A stretch of 63,863 nt of DNA, the filler included, from Octopus bimaculoides (lineage: Eukaryota): assembly GCF_001194135.2 (NCBI RefSeq). It is 7 parts of 7 records of this genome, joined end to end, with 100 filler letters (N's around TTAATTAATTAA, not from the genome) between each part and the next. Parts side by side here need not be neighbours in the genome. Positions count along the whole stretch, not along the records: positions 23,243 to 30,708 come from NC_068993.1; positions 30,809 to 38,648 come from NC_068989.1; positions 38,749 to 49,625 come from NC_068994.1; 4 more parts are not named here. One strand, 5' to 3'. A program made the position numbers and the translations under genes. Of the stretch, positions 27,916 through 40,957 are shown piece by piece (position 1 is the first letter of the stretch; every line of letters begins with the position of its first letter). The notes under the pieces were generated by a model that saw only the letters and a program-made list of their open reading frames with translations, was not told the DNA's origin and did not search any database.

Positions 27916-28954
27916 ACATACAAATCACAATATATAATGCTTTGTTTTCTAAAAAGACTTCATAACTTTGTAATTAAGGGATATGATATACTTCACGTAG
28001 GTTTAAATTGATAATACTTATTGATCTCACTTATCAATTATATATATATATATATATNNNNNNNNNNNNNNNNNNNNNNNNNNNNNNNNNNNNNNNNNNN
28101 NNNNNNNNNNNNNNNNNNNNNNNNNNNNNNNNNNNNNNNNNNNNNNNNNNNNNNNNNNNNNNNNNNNNNNNNNNNNNNNNNNNNNNNNNNNNNNNNNNNN
28201 NNNNNNNNNNNNNNNNNNNNNNNNNNNNNNNNNNNNNNNNNNNNNNNNNNNNNNNNNNNNNNNNNNNNNNNNNNNNNNNNNNNNNNNNNNNNNNNNNNNN
28301 NNNNNNNNNNNNNNNNNNNNNNNNNNNNNNNNNNNNNNNNNNNNNNNNNNNNNNNNNNNNNNNNNNNNNNNNNNNNNNNNNNNNNNNNNNNNNNNNNNNN
28401 NNNNNNNNNNNNNNNNNNNNNNNNNNNNNNNNNNNNNNNNNNNNNNNNNNNNNNNNNNNNNNNNNNNNNNNNNNNNNNNNNNNNNNNNNNNNNNNNNNNN
28501 NNNNNNNNNNNNNNNNNNNNNNNNNNNNNNNNNNNNNNNNNNNNNNNNNNNNNNNNNNNNNNNNNNNNNNNNNNNNNNNNNNNNNNNNNNNNNNNNNNNN
28601 NNNNNNNNNNNNNNNNNNNNNNNNNNNNNNNNNNNNNNNNNNNNNNNNNNNNNNNNNNNNNNNNNNNNNNNNNNNNNNNNNNNNNNNNNNNNNNNNNNNN
28701 NNNNNNNNNNNNNNNNNNNNNNNNNNNNNNNNNNNNNNNNNNNNNNNNNNNNNNNNNNNNNNNNNNNNNNNNNNNNNNNNNNNNNNNNNNNNNNNNNNNN
28801 NNNNNNNNNNNNNNNNNNNNNNNNNNNNNNNNNNNNNNNNNNNNNNNNNNNNNNNNNNNNNNNNNNNNNNNNNNNNNNNNNNNNNNNNNNNNNNNNNNNN
28901 NNNNNNNNNNNNNNNNNNNNNNNNNNNNNNNNNNNNNNNNNNNNNNNNNNNNNN

Positions 28955-28997
<43 letters not shown>

Positions 28998-30229
28998 CTT
29001 GAATATACATAGCAATGAGATGAATTGAACAGACTCTGTAAAAACTGAATTCTAGCTCTTTAACACCTGTGCCAACATCAAGCATTTTATGCAGTTCTGT
29101 ATATATAGCTATCTATATATCTCTACCCATCTGCACGTCTGTTTGTCTGCTGTCTGTCTGCCTGCCTGTGTGGCTGTCCGTTTGCCTTCCCAATCGCCCT
29201 TCCCTCTCTTTCTACACTCATTAATAGTTGAGATTTTTCTCAACGTCAGTGAATATCAACTGATATACAAAAGTAAACAAAGACAGCCAAAAGGAGACTG
29301 CGATAAGTTTTAAACTTCAAATTAATCGCGTTTTTCAAATAATTCATTGATTTTCCCCTTTGATAACTTTAGATCTGTATTGAGTTGTTGTATCTAGGTT
29401 ATTCTGACATCTTCCTCTGTTTTTTAAATTTTTATTTTCTTCCCCAGAAGTATTACAATTTTCATTTCGTTGATGTTGCTGCTGTAGTTGTGGTGGTGGT
29501 TATTATTGCTGTTGTTGTTGTTATTGCTGCCGCTGCTGTTATCATTCTTTAAGACCAAGTAAACCCTGCTTGGGCACACACTCATAAATATCGTGAACTG
29601 TAACTATTCCGCCGTTTATTAGTATTTTTATAAACATAGCATAACTATAAGTACGCTATCAAATGTGTCTCCTTTCAAAGGGTGTGACAGGAGAGGGATA
29701 TCAGGCTACTATTTCTAGTAGATTCGGTATAAGTTTCGAATTTACATGACCTGTTTTATCATAGTTTGTTCTGCGGTGAATCATCAAATAGAGATGAAAT
29801 CAGTCAGGATTATCACCAAATTTAATCGATGCTGGGAGATTAGTAAATCGGTAGAGCAATGAACTAAATATCTTGGTGTGTTTTGTGGCGTCCCTTTCAA
29901 CTCTGATTTGGGAACCCAGCAATTATCTTTTGTCTAGGATCATTCAAATAAGTAATAAGCTAATCGACGAAATATAGAAGTATGGTCGCCGGCATGGTTC
30001 TATGAGTAAGACGTATCCTTTGCATAGCAGCCCAATTACCACTTCTTAATCCTAAAATCATATATATATGTACATAAAGGGTATCACAGGAAGATTTGCC
30101 CATTGATATTTCTTAATTATTTAAAACAAACTTAAGGAAGGATAATGAAATTTGGCACACACGTTCTAATGTAAATTGTCAATCCATTGCAGTAATTACA
30201 TTTCAAAATGACTACCTTTTGCTTTGATC

Positions 30230-30708
30230 ATAACCTGCAAACAAGTGGTCACGGAGGTGCATGAACACCGCGTCACCTCTGCATCCAACTCGACCCATGA
30301 CGACAGAAGGGCTTTCTTCGGATATGGGATTGATATCTGGACTTGAGCGAGGCCATATCGTCTTGTTCCAAAAACCGGTGAAATGCTCTTTTCACCAACT
30401 CTGTGTCAAACTGGATGTGTGTGAGGAAGCTCCGTCTTGAGTAAAGACGTAACAGTAACCAATGGTTTCAGTGACCCAAACTTCACTGTTAACCTTGATG
30501 CCAGCAGCGATGAAAATCATGCGAGATTTGGACCCACCAGATACAACCGCGGCCCACACCATGAGTAAAGCTAGCTTCTAATGTAAATGACTCCTGCTAC
30601 TTTCGGGAAAGTCTCCTGCATTACATGCATAAAGCCTGTCATTCTGCCTGTTGGTAACTGCCTCCACGGTGAAGATCTCGTCGGACTATGTCAACACTTT
30701 GTTAGCGG
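30230..30708 (-). mobile_element. maT/DD37D-type Tc1/mariner transposase relic
   Basis: SDEIFTVEAVTNRQNDRLY, LMVWAAV, YVFTQDGASSHT, IWPRSSPDINP. Confidence 0.8.
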
Positions 30709-30961
30709 NNNNNNNNNNNNNNNNNNNNNNNNNNNNNNNNNNNNNNNNNNNNTTAATTAATTAANNNNNNNNNNNNNNNNNNNNNNNNNNNNNNNNNNNN
30801 NNNNNNNNTTAATAGTTACTAGGGTAGCAAACATCACACAAAATTTTGGATATTATAATCGGTTAATGGGTAGAAATTCCATGTTAAAGTGATGTATTTT
30901 GAGTTGATATAAAGAATAATAATAAATGGAGCAAAACGCATATAATCAATAAGTTCCTTTA

Positions 30962-31052
30962 ATTTCTACATATGTTTCATAAATTATATGTACTGTACTC
31001 CAAAGAAGTAAGAGATGCTGGTGTATATACATAATTTCATCGTCAGGGAACC
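30962..31052 (-). ncRNA. Hammerhead ribozyme with canonical core in PLE 3' region
   Basis: Minus strand reads CTGACGA, AT-rich stem II (aaattat/ataattt), GAAAC-ATAT-GTA with palindromic acatatgt; stem I has one mismatch. Confidence 0.55.
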
Positions 31053-31854
31053 ATATTAAAAATGCAAGATTTGCGTTGAATACTAAGGTTACGTACGAGT
31101 AATAACACTATATAGCTAAGTTAAATGACCTTAAGAAACAAGATCGCTTGTTTACATGGAGCTGTTTAGGGAGAGAGGCTATGAACGTTATACTAAGAGT
31201 TTAAATTAAAGGAAGAAATAATGAACCGCAGAAAAATGTTAAAGTTAATAATAATTGTGATAAAACGTTATTGTAATTGGAAGGATAAAGGGAGAGAATC
31301 CAATGAATTTTTATATACGACTAATTATGTAAATAAGCGTTTATAAGGAAGGGAAATTATAGATGGATTGTAAATATAATTAGCCATTAATGTTGTATCA
31401 TATTATGTTACGGTAATTAACCTAAATAAATAGCAATACAAGGTACAAAACTATAAAGTGATGAAATAATAAGAATAAACATGCTTACGATACGAAAATC
31501 GATAGTATATACGTAAATATATATAAGTATACTTAAAACTCTACGAATATAACTTTTCGTGGGGTTAAACTTGTTGTACTAATTAGAGAAGGAGAGAGAG
31601 TGTAAACAATTGGCGTCGGAGTTAGATATAATTGTTATTTTAGATAATATTATAATGTTATTCTCATTGGTGTTATTATTATTATAATGAATGTAAAATA
31701 AATTTATTATTATTACTATTATTGTTATTGTCTAAAGTTAAATAAAAATAAATACAAAGTGGGGTGATAGTTCATACCACATTTAAAGTGGCTGTCAACT
31801 AGTGAGTATGTTGGTAGGTGAAAAATATAATAATAACTAAAATTAATAAAAAGG

Positions 31855-32270
31855 ATGAAATTAATGAAACGAGATGAAGGTGTGTTTCCTCCAATGCTGG
31901 CATCTGTATGCTCTGTGTGTTATCTGGTTCACTAAACTTTTCTTGGGGAACAAAATGTGGAATAGCTCCAAGTTACAGAGAGGACAAAAATCTTTACACT
32001 TATCGTAGGATATTAAGGTAGCCAGTATTAACCATTCCAAAGACAATTGTTGATTGCAGTCCTTAAGTTTCCAGATTAACTTACTAAGACCTACCGGTAC
32101 TATTATTTTTTATTCCTATCCCTAAAGGATAAGTAATGGTTAGAGATTCTCCTAGAGACCTGCGACGAAGAGCAACCAATGTAATGCGAGACCTCTTACT
32201 AGACTTTACATTCATAAACCACATTTTTGGTCCTAGCATTGACTTTCAAAAACTTGATTCCTTTACAATT
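31855..32270 (-). mobile_element. Penelope-like GIY-YIG endonuclease relic (second family)
   Basis: NVVYECKV..HYIGCSS..SRRISNHYLSF; GLSKLIWKLKD...EW.....YD...FCPLCNLELFHI....VNQ.....CQHWRK. Confidence 0.8.
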
Positions 32271-32399
32271 AAATTCCGAGATACTAATCTTATTGTTGTG
32301 ATAGTTATTGTTATATTTACTAATGTTGTACTTATTACCTATATTTGTATCTAAATTCACCTCTAGTCAGGTATACCAATTATGATGATAATAATAGTA

Positions 32400-32436
<37 letters not shown>

Positions 32437-34494
32437 TTTTTCCAGTAATACAACACACTTCTGTGGTAGCAATAGTTATTTAAATATACATGTACAAGAT
32501 GCGATGGTGTATTGTCTAGCAGCTATATATTTGAAGTTACTCTTCTAAGATAGATTTGTTTTATCAGTGAAAGCGTTTCACGGTCTTGCAACTCAACTGC
32601 AGTAGCCAACCACTCTTCGCTTTTCATCTTCTGAGTCAACCTGGGTATGATCAAGTCGTTATCCGACTTCCCGTAGCTACATCGTTATCTACACAAATTA
32701 GCGAAAGCACGGTAAAGACAAGTTATAATTTCTTCCGTAAAAATATATACACTGGAAAAGTTTCTGTATAAAAATATGCATGTGCACATACACACACCTA
32801 AGTACATATACATACACAAGCGCATACACACACATACGCACACAGAGTGTATAATTAAATTAATTTGAAAATGTATTTAGATCCCATTCTCGTACATAAA
32901 TAAATCATTACGTTACCTAAATAATGACGTTTCCATACGTCATGATTTTCAAACGTATAGCATATCGGCGTGAATTTTGACGTGTTACAAGAGATTTGGA
33001 TTAAAAAGGGAACGTATATATTCATTTAGTTACTACACGAGCTTTTTTCATTTCAATACGGATGAACTTTTCTGTTTGTTGAGGAAGAATAATTATAAAT
33101 GATTGATTTTCAAATGAATATTTTGAAACAATTTTTTCGATATGCAAAATGATGTGGCTTATATTTTTCAGCAAGTATGTTAGATTGATATTTTCTGGAA
33201 ATTTATTTAAAATATATAAGTCGGCATGCACGTTCTCGATTATTTGTTTGACTGTGGGATTTCAAAATTACTGAGGATTTGACTCAGACATACAAAATGA
33301 CCTTTTTTTATTTCGAGTTAGTCTATTGCATGTAGGAACCTAAATTAATTTTCTTTGCCTGCAGATAATGCAATGATGTCAATTAAAATTAAATGTTTCT
33401 CCCGACGTAAATTCATAAGATGTTCCATCAATATATGTATATATTGCAGCTTTTCTAGATTAATATATGTATATATTGCGGTTTTTCTAGATTGAGATTA
33501 AATTGAGAGTAATTTGCTACCAATCAATAGGTTTTTAGTGATTTGGGTTGTTCCGATTTTTCATTACTTGTTTTAACTTTTTTGTTCTCGACTTTTGCCT
33601 CGAAAACTCGATGATTATTTACGTATTTTGATGGCTGTGTGATGATATATATAAGGTAAAGAATTTGGGAGTACATGAACTGTATTTTATCCTTCGTAAT
33701 TACTTAATATCCAGTCCTGGAAAATTCTACATATATTTCATGCCAGATTAAATGCTATTTGTCTCTAGCCAAAGAGAAGGCGTTTTTGAGAATTACGAAT
33801 CAATTGAAGAATCAATTGTTAAAAAAAGAGTTACAATTCAAAAGATTTAGAATAAAAATATGTGACAAATGTTTTGACTTTATAAACATCTTTCCATGTA
33901 ATGGAAATTCAAATCAAACACAGGTGGAAGGGGTTGAGAAATTATCCATCCGTCTAAAAGTAAAAAAATATATTGTAATTGAACAGTAGAAAACGGAGCT
34001 GTAGTTGATTTGAATTTTTAATCACGACAAAAGTAAATTATTATAACGACAGGACATAACGGTTTATGAAAAGGTAAACACTTACAATAATTTTAAACAA
34101 TGTGGAAAATCGTCGATTCTATTCGACTAGTAAAACTAAAAGAAAAGCCTTTAACAGACAAGAAATGTGAATATATATTGAAGTTTAAGTGGAAAACCAA
34201 GAAACTATTGTAAGACTATTTGCTAATCGAAAATCGATACAACACTACAAACGTATCTATGATATGATCAGCTGTCAGTTACAATAGTGCTTGGTTTAAT
34301 TTGAAGTACATGGATGCGATTGGGGATATATGTTTCTCTTAAATATTTGAATAAAACAGTTTGATATGTCGACAACACAAACTGAAAACACAGAGGCAGA
34401 ATGATGCAATGAACAGTAGATGCTACTGAATTATAGAGAAAACACGATGTAACAGTACAATTTATAAGCAGAGGCAGAACAAATAATATATTGA

Positions 34495-34800
34495 CCAATA
34501 CCAAGTTACAAACCAGCACCAGGTGTCAAGCGGCGGAAGAGACAAATACGAACAGAAGCACACTCGCACGCACACACAAAGAAACAAACACGCACACACG
34601 CACACACACACACACACACATACACACACATACACACACACACACACAAATAGACGCACGCACAGACAAACACATGCATATACTTATAAATGCAAATACG
34701 ACGGGCTTCCATAATTTCCGTCTACCAAATTCAATCACAAGGAGTTATCAGATCCGCCTTGTTTCATAAATCACTACACCAAAGTGCTACACTGTGATAA
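34495..34800 (-). mobile_element. SINE family B, middle part with (CA)n
   Basis: cgggcttccataatttccgtctaccaaattc and gtgtcaagcggcgg. Confidence 0.7.
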
Positions 34801-35228
34801 TGGAGCCGAACAGCGAGTTAACAAAATGAACTTCTTTAATACTCTCAGCATGCTTGTGCATCTATATTTATAAAACAAAGGATGTGTTTAGTACGTATGC
34901 ATTTCTACAGTTTTCAATCGATTTTCACCAAACTCTATACGCGGGAGCTCTGGGCAAAATGTTATAGTCCATGACCATCCATGGAACAAGGATGGTCATG
35001 GACTATAACATTTTGCCCAGAACTCCCGCGTAATGCGAGAAACCGACTGCACTTTTTACATAGCTTTTTTTTCTGTATAAACTGCGGTTCTCAACCGATT
35101 CTCTCTCTTTTACGTCTGCAGTTTTCAAACGATTTTTTTCCTTTTCACTCTTTCTCCTTCTTTATTTCTCTCTTCTCTTTCTCATTTACACCTTCTGCAA
35201 TACTTTTTCTCGTTAAGACTGTCAGTTA

Positions 35229-35277
<49 letters not shown>

Positions 35278-36447
35278 NNNNNNNNNNNNNNNNNNNNNNN
35301 NNNNNNNNNNNNNNNNNNNNNNNNNNNNNNNNNNNNNNNNNNNNNNNNNNNNNNNNNNNNNNNNNNNNNNNNNNNNNNNNNNNNNNNNNNNNNNNNNNNN
35401 NNNNNNNNNNNNNNNNNNNNNNNNNNNNNNNNNNNNNNNTCTCTCTCTCTCTCTCTCTCTCAGCCGTAAATATCTTTGTCTTCACGATATTTGTACGTTT
35501 TCCCTACAGCATGTCTTATTTTCAATTTTTTGCACTCACACTGTTTAAATACAGTATTTACATTTCTCTCTCCCTCTATCGAAAACCGCTGTGATACAGG
35601 CAATAAGCCTTCATTACTAACCAAACAGAATCCGACCACGCCGCTGAGCGTTCATGAGTTAGAAAATTATATCCTAATGAGGCTCAACTTTGTTCACTTA
35701 ACTTATTTTCTTATACAGATTTATACGTTGAAATGAGGTTTGTAATTTCTGTCTACAAATTGGTTTCCTTGTGTGAAATAATATTGTTTCACTTTGTGTG
35801 TGTTTGCGCGTTCGGTACGTACGAGTTAGTAAAGAACACGTTATACCACGACAACGATGACGTCATATATATGAGTGTGTATGTGTCTCTGACTGTATGT
35901 GTTCGGATGTATGTCACTTTAGCTGTGTGTGTGCTTCCGCATCTATCACGTTATTAAACACATGCACATCTACACATAGATATACACATGTGACGACTGA
36001 CATGCGTGAATGTATGTCTATATATGTCTCTTTTAAAATATGTATGGGACTGTATGTGTGATTGTATGTATGAGTATCGTCACATCTTGTATATGAATGT
36101 GTATGAGTCTGTGAATGTGTGTGTGTGTTTGCGCGCACGTTACGTACGTTATTAAACATACACATACATATACATATGTGACGAGAACGGTTGGAGGGGA
36201 AACTCTTGACAAAAGCAATTACGTGGAAGCTCCAACATATATAAAAATACACATCTACCGTTCAATTAACAGTTCATAATTATCGTGGCAGTTGCAAGAT
36301 TGCAAGGTATTTAAATTTGCTTATATTTAGTTAATTTACACTGCATGCACAAATATAGACATACTACATACACGGCATACAAAAATATAGGATTAATGTT
36401 TATTTTTTTCTATGTTCATAAATTTTTGCTTAAAATATTGAAAAAAT

Positions 36448-36900
36448 ATGCCACCAAAGAATAAGCGTAATCTATGTAGAGACACCTATAAAGTAAGTAG
36501 AAGTGCAGAAAACCGAATGGACATAAACACTTCTCTACATTAGCAACGGCGTGCTGCAGCACGTCACATGGAGTCGGAATACAGAAGGGACATAACACTT
36601 TCCAAAGATCATCAAACGCATGATGCAGCACGTGAAATACAGTCTCAAAAAAGAATGGAGATGAGACTCTCTCAAGATCAACAAAAGCAAAAGTACACTG
36701 CAACACTTAATGTTGAATCATTAAAACAACGTTTAGCACGCCAGATTACAAAGAGAGCCAATGGAATAGCTCTCAGAAACACCACTTACAAATTCATTCT
36801 TCACAACACCTGGAACTACTTTCAGGTATGAGGCATCCCGTTATTATAAAAATGATGAATGATTGATTGTGTTCAAATTGGTGTGCTAAACTCAAATTGT
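36448..36900 (+). mobile_element. Possible Helitron RepHel N-terminal relic
   Basis: MPPKNKRNL..., R/E-rich QRRAAARH...MRLSQDQQK, then FRYE...Y..D, resembling Helitron N-termini as I recall them; internal stops. Confidence 0.4.
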
Positions 36901-37013
36901 AGTTTGTGCAAGTCTTTAAAATTAACTCCACAAACTTTTTCTCGTCAATGCTGCACTTTAGCGTATCACCCAACATAACTACAATATATGCATATATAAC
37001 AATATATATATAA

Positions 37014-37049
<36 letters not shown>

Positions 37050-38266
37050 NNNNNNNNNNNNNNNNNNNNNNNNNNNNNNNNNNNNNNNNNNNNNNNNNNN
37101 NNNNNNNNNNNNNNNNNNNNNNNNNNNNNNNNNNNNNNNNNNNNNNNNNNNNNNNNNNNNNNNNNNNNNNNNNNNNNNNNNNNNNNNNNNNNNNNNNNNN
37201 NNNNNNNNNNNNNNNNNNNNNNNNNNNNNNNNNNNNNNNNNNNNNNNNNNNNNNNNNNNNNNNNNNNNNNNNNNNNNNNNNNNNNNNNNNNNNNNNNNNN
37301 NNNNNNNNNNNNNNNNNNNNNNNNNNNNNNNNNNNNNNNNNNNNNNNNNNNNNNNNNNNNNNNNNNNNNNNNNNNNNNNNNNNNNNNNNNNNNNNNNNNN
37401 NNNNNNNNNNNNNNNNNNNNNNNNNNNNNNNNNNNNNNNNNNNNNNNNNNNNNNNNNNNNNNNNNNNNNNNNNNNNNNNNNNNNNNNNNNNNNNNNNNNN
37501 NNNNNNNNNNNNNNNNNNNNNNNNNNNNNNNNNNNNNNNNNNNNNNNNNNNNNNNNNNNNNNNNNNNNNNNNNNNNNNNNNNNNNNNNNNNNNNNNNNNN
37601 NNNNNNNNNNNNNNNNNNNNNNNNNNNNNNNNNNNNNNNNNNNNNNNNNNNNNNNNNNNNNNNNNNNNNNNNNNNNNNNNNNNNNNNNNNNNNNNNNNNN
37701 NNNNNNNNNNNNNNNNNNNNNNNNNNNNNNNNNNNNNNNNNNNNNNNNNNNNNNNNNNNNNNNNNNNNNNNNNNNNNNNNNNNNNNNNNNNNNNNNNNNN
37801 NNNNNNNNNNNNNNNNNNNNNNNNNNNNNNNNNNNNNNNNNNNNNNNNNNNNNNNNNNNNNNNNNNNNNNNNNNNNNNNNNNNNNNNNNNNNNNNNNNNN
37901 NNNNNNNNNNNNNNNNNNNNNNNNNNNNNNNNNNNNNATATATATATATATATATATATATTGAGATGGTTTCTTTTTTGACATATAAGTACACGCACTT
38001 TATAATCGTTCTGCAGTCGTTTATAAGCAGACAGAATGGATTAAGTGGAGCAAAATGTGCTGCTGAAGTAGTCACAGATGTTCGACGAAAGATTTTCGGA
38101 CAATAAATATACGATAAAATATGTACAGCAATAAACGAGTGTTTATTTGGCCAACAAAAAACAAAACAAATGACTATCACGAAATAAAACAATATCTGTT
38201 TCAACAAACATTTTCACCTCAGCAACCTTGCTACATAGACGTATATGTATGAACATATATACACAC

Positions 38267-38311
<45 letters not shown>

Positions 38312-38358
38312 CAAACACACACACACACACACACACCCACATATATATATACATATAA

Positions 38359-38397
<39 letters not shown>

Positions 38398-38748
38398 AGA
38401 TACAGAAATAAATTTATTTCTCAAACGCGTGATAATGCTATAAATAGCGTGATCAGGATAAATGATCCATATAATGCAGAAAAATACGTTGCCGGCCAGC
38501 CATGAGTCTGGCCAGCAACGTATTTAAAGTATTATCACGCGTTTAAGAAATAAATTTATTTGTGTATCTTACGACACATCTTAACGCTTCTAAAAAAGAA
38601 CAAACTGTGTTTACTTTCATCGTAAAAGTTGAATATATACATTTATATNNNNNNNNNNNNNNNNNNNNNNNNNNNNNNNNNNNNNNNNNNNNTTAATTAA
38701 TTAANNNNNNNNNNNNNNNNNNNNNNNNNNNNNNNNNNNNNNNNNNNN

Positions 38749-39202
38749 GAAGCACGATGGCTTTGCTAGGATCTTTAGCACTTTGCAGTGTCGTTCCATT
38801 CTGGCATTGGCGTAGCTTTCAATGCCAAAAGTTGGCACAATTCCTTCCAGGATCTTCCAGATGTATATTATTGCATACCTCTCCTGCCTTCGCTCCAGGG
38901 AGTAGAGTCTTAGCTGTTTCAACCTTTCCCAGTAGCTGAGCAGTTGCAAAGAGACAATCTTCTTTGTGAATCTTCTCTGGATTGCTTCAAGGTCAGCTGT
39001 TAATTTCACACTGGTGGGTGACCATAGCTGTGAGCAGTAATCTAGGCGGCTGAGGACGAATGTCCTCCAGATGACCATCATTGTTTCCTTGTCTCTGGTT
39101 CTTAATGTTCTCAGGATCCAGCCAGCCAGTCATTTGCACTTTGTTGCCATCTTGGTAATGTGCACTTGAAAAGAGATATCATCACTCATGTCGATACCCA
39201 GG
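38749..39202 (-). mobile_element. Inverted copy of the same CR1-group LINE
   Basis: Reverse complement of 39509-39962 with about 37 substitutions in 454 bp (hand count) and no indels. Confidence 0.9.
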
Positions 39203-40265
39203 CACTGTCTTGGGACCACTGCTTTTTATAGTGGCCCTCTCAGATATGCCCTCAAGTGCCCGGATAGTCACCCTTACAAGCTACGCAGACGACACGAAAA
39301 TCTTGCAGAAAATACAGAACCGCAGTGAAGTTGCACATCTGCAGCAGGAGTTGGACTCAATTAACAGATGGGCTGAGGATAATAATATGCAGTTCAATGC
39401 TGAAAAATTCCAAGCCCTGCGCTACGAACGTCCAAAACTGAATATGAAACTTAAAGAGTACACTGGTCCGCAGGGAATTTCAATCCCAGAGCCTAAATTA
39501 GTGGGGGACCTGGGTATCGACATGAGTGATGGTAACTCTTTCCAAGTGCACATTACCAGAATGGCGACAAAGTGCAGACGAGTGGCTGGATGGAGCCTGA
39601 GAACATTCAGAACCAGAGATAAGGAAACCATGATGGTCTTCTGGAAGACATTCGTCCTCAGCCGCCTGGATTACTGCTCACGGCTATGGTCACCCAACAG
39701 TGTAAAATTAACAGCTGACCTTGAAGCAATCCAGAGAAGTTTCACAAAGAAGATTGTCTCTTTGCAACTGCTCAGCTACTGGGAAAGGCTGAAACAGCTA
39801 AGACTCTGCTCCCTGGAGAGAAGGCGGGAGAGGTATGCAGTAATATACATCTGGAAGATCCTGGAAGGAATTGTACCAAATTTTGGCATTGAAAGCTACA
39901 CCAATGCCAGAACGGGACGACACTGCATAATGCCAAAGATCCCAGCAATGCCATCGCGCTTCAGGATCAGTTATTGAAACAGTTTGAGTTTCAGAGGCCC
40001 ACAGCTTTTTAATATTCTCCTAAAGAGCCCGAGGAACTTGTACAAAGTAGATGTAGGAGGTTTTAAATCAAAGCTGGATCTCTTCCTCTCGAGAGTCCCA
40101 GATGAACCTATCACACGGAAAGAGGGGCAAATGAGGGTAGCTACATCAAACTCCATTCTTCACTAAGTGCCACATATTGGAGGAGGCTCTCAGTAATAAC
40201 AGTGTAGCAGAACAGCGGTGCATTAGCATGGCGGCAGCTCTTTTCTAAAACTAAAGAAAAAAAAT
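39203..40265 (+). mobile_element. 5'-truncated CR1-group LINE (RT C-terminal half, 3' UTR, A-rich tail)
   Basis: GTVLGPLLF, SYADDTK, DLGI, LRTFRTRD, VLSRLDYCS, ERLKQLRL.SLERRRER, FRGPQLFN..., one in-frame stop near 39977. Confidence 0.9.
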
Positions 40266-40329
40266 TAACACATATATATATATACAAATATAAATATATA
40301 TACAAATGTAAATATCAATATATATATAA

Positions 40330-40790
40330 TACACGCTCACGTAGTCGCACCAGCTAATCCCGTCTCCACTCATCACACACGAACTTTTGGATTCTACCTT
40401 CTTTCCTTCTGGATCTACTCTTTCTGGACCGTCTGATTCTGAACTTTACACCCTCCGGCTGCACCTCTCCTACCCACGGATTGCACTGGACCCATCTTCT
40501 GATTGGAAATCGCCTCAATATACCACGACGTCTAAAAACTTTTGAACTTTTGAACTTTTGCACTTTTGTAAACCTCCTTTATTACCTTTATCATCTTTAT
40601 TTTTTCCTGACTGAACACTATTCAATTTTTTTTCTCCGTGTTTTTCTCCTTGTCTCCGTATTCTTTCTGTTGAAGAGCGTAGCTCGAAACGTTAAAGACT
40701 TTCTGTATTCCCGAGCGTCATACTAATACATCCTTTTGTTGTTTACACCACCTGTCCTCGTCTGTTGTTGTTTTTTTCGTACATTCTCCC
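40330..40790 (+). mobile_element. Penelope pseudo-LTR / terminal region with hammerhead-like motif
   Basis: Shares sequence with 19295-19485 (reverse complement), lies directly upstream of the PLE coding fragment and contains the HHR fold. Confidence 0.65.
40662..40698 (+). ncRNA. Minimal type-I hammerhead ribozyme with variant core
   Basis: Stem I tcttt/aaaga, core CTGTTGA(A), stem II gagc-gta-gctc, GAAA, palindromic stem III ACGT, GUU cleavage triplet. Confidence 0.55.
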
Positions 40791-40957
40791 NNNNNNNNNN
40801 NNNNNNNNNNNNNNNNNNNNNNNNNNNNNNNNNNNNNNNNNNNNNNNNNNNNNNNNNNNNNNNNNNNNNNNNNNNNNNNNNNNNNNNNNNNNNNNNNNNN
40901 NNNNNNNNNNNNNNNNNNNNNNNNNNNNNNNNNNNATATATATATATATATATATAC

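Noticed and set aside
33022-33262. Minus ORF with NLT/NIS sequons as a prominin loop exon
   Set aside because: No strong donor and no conserved residues I can align.
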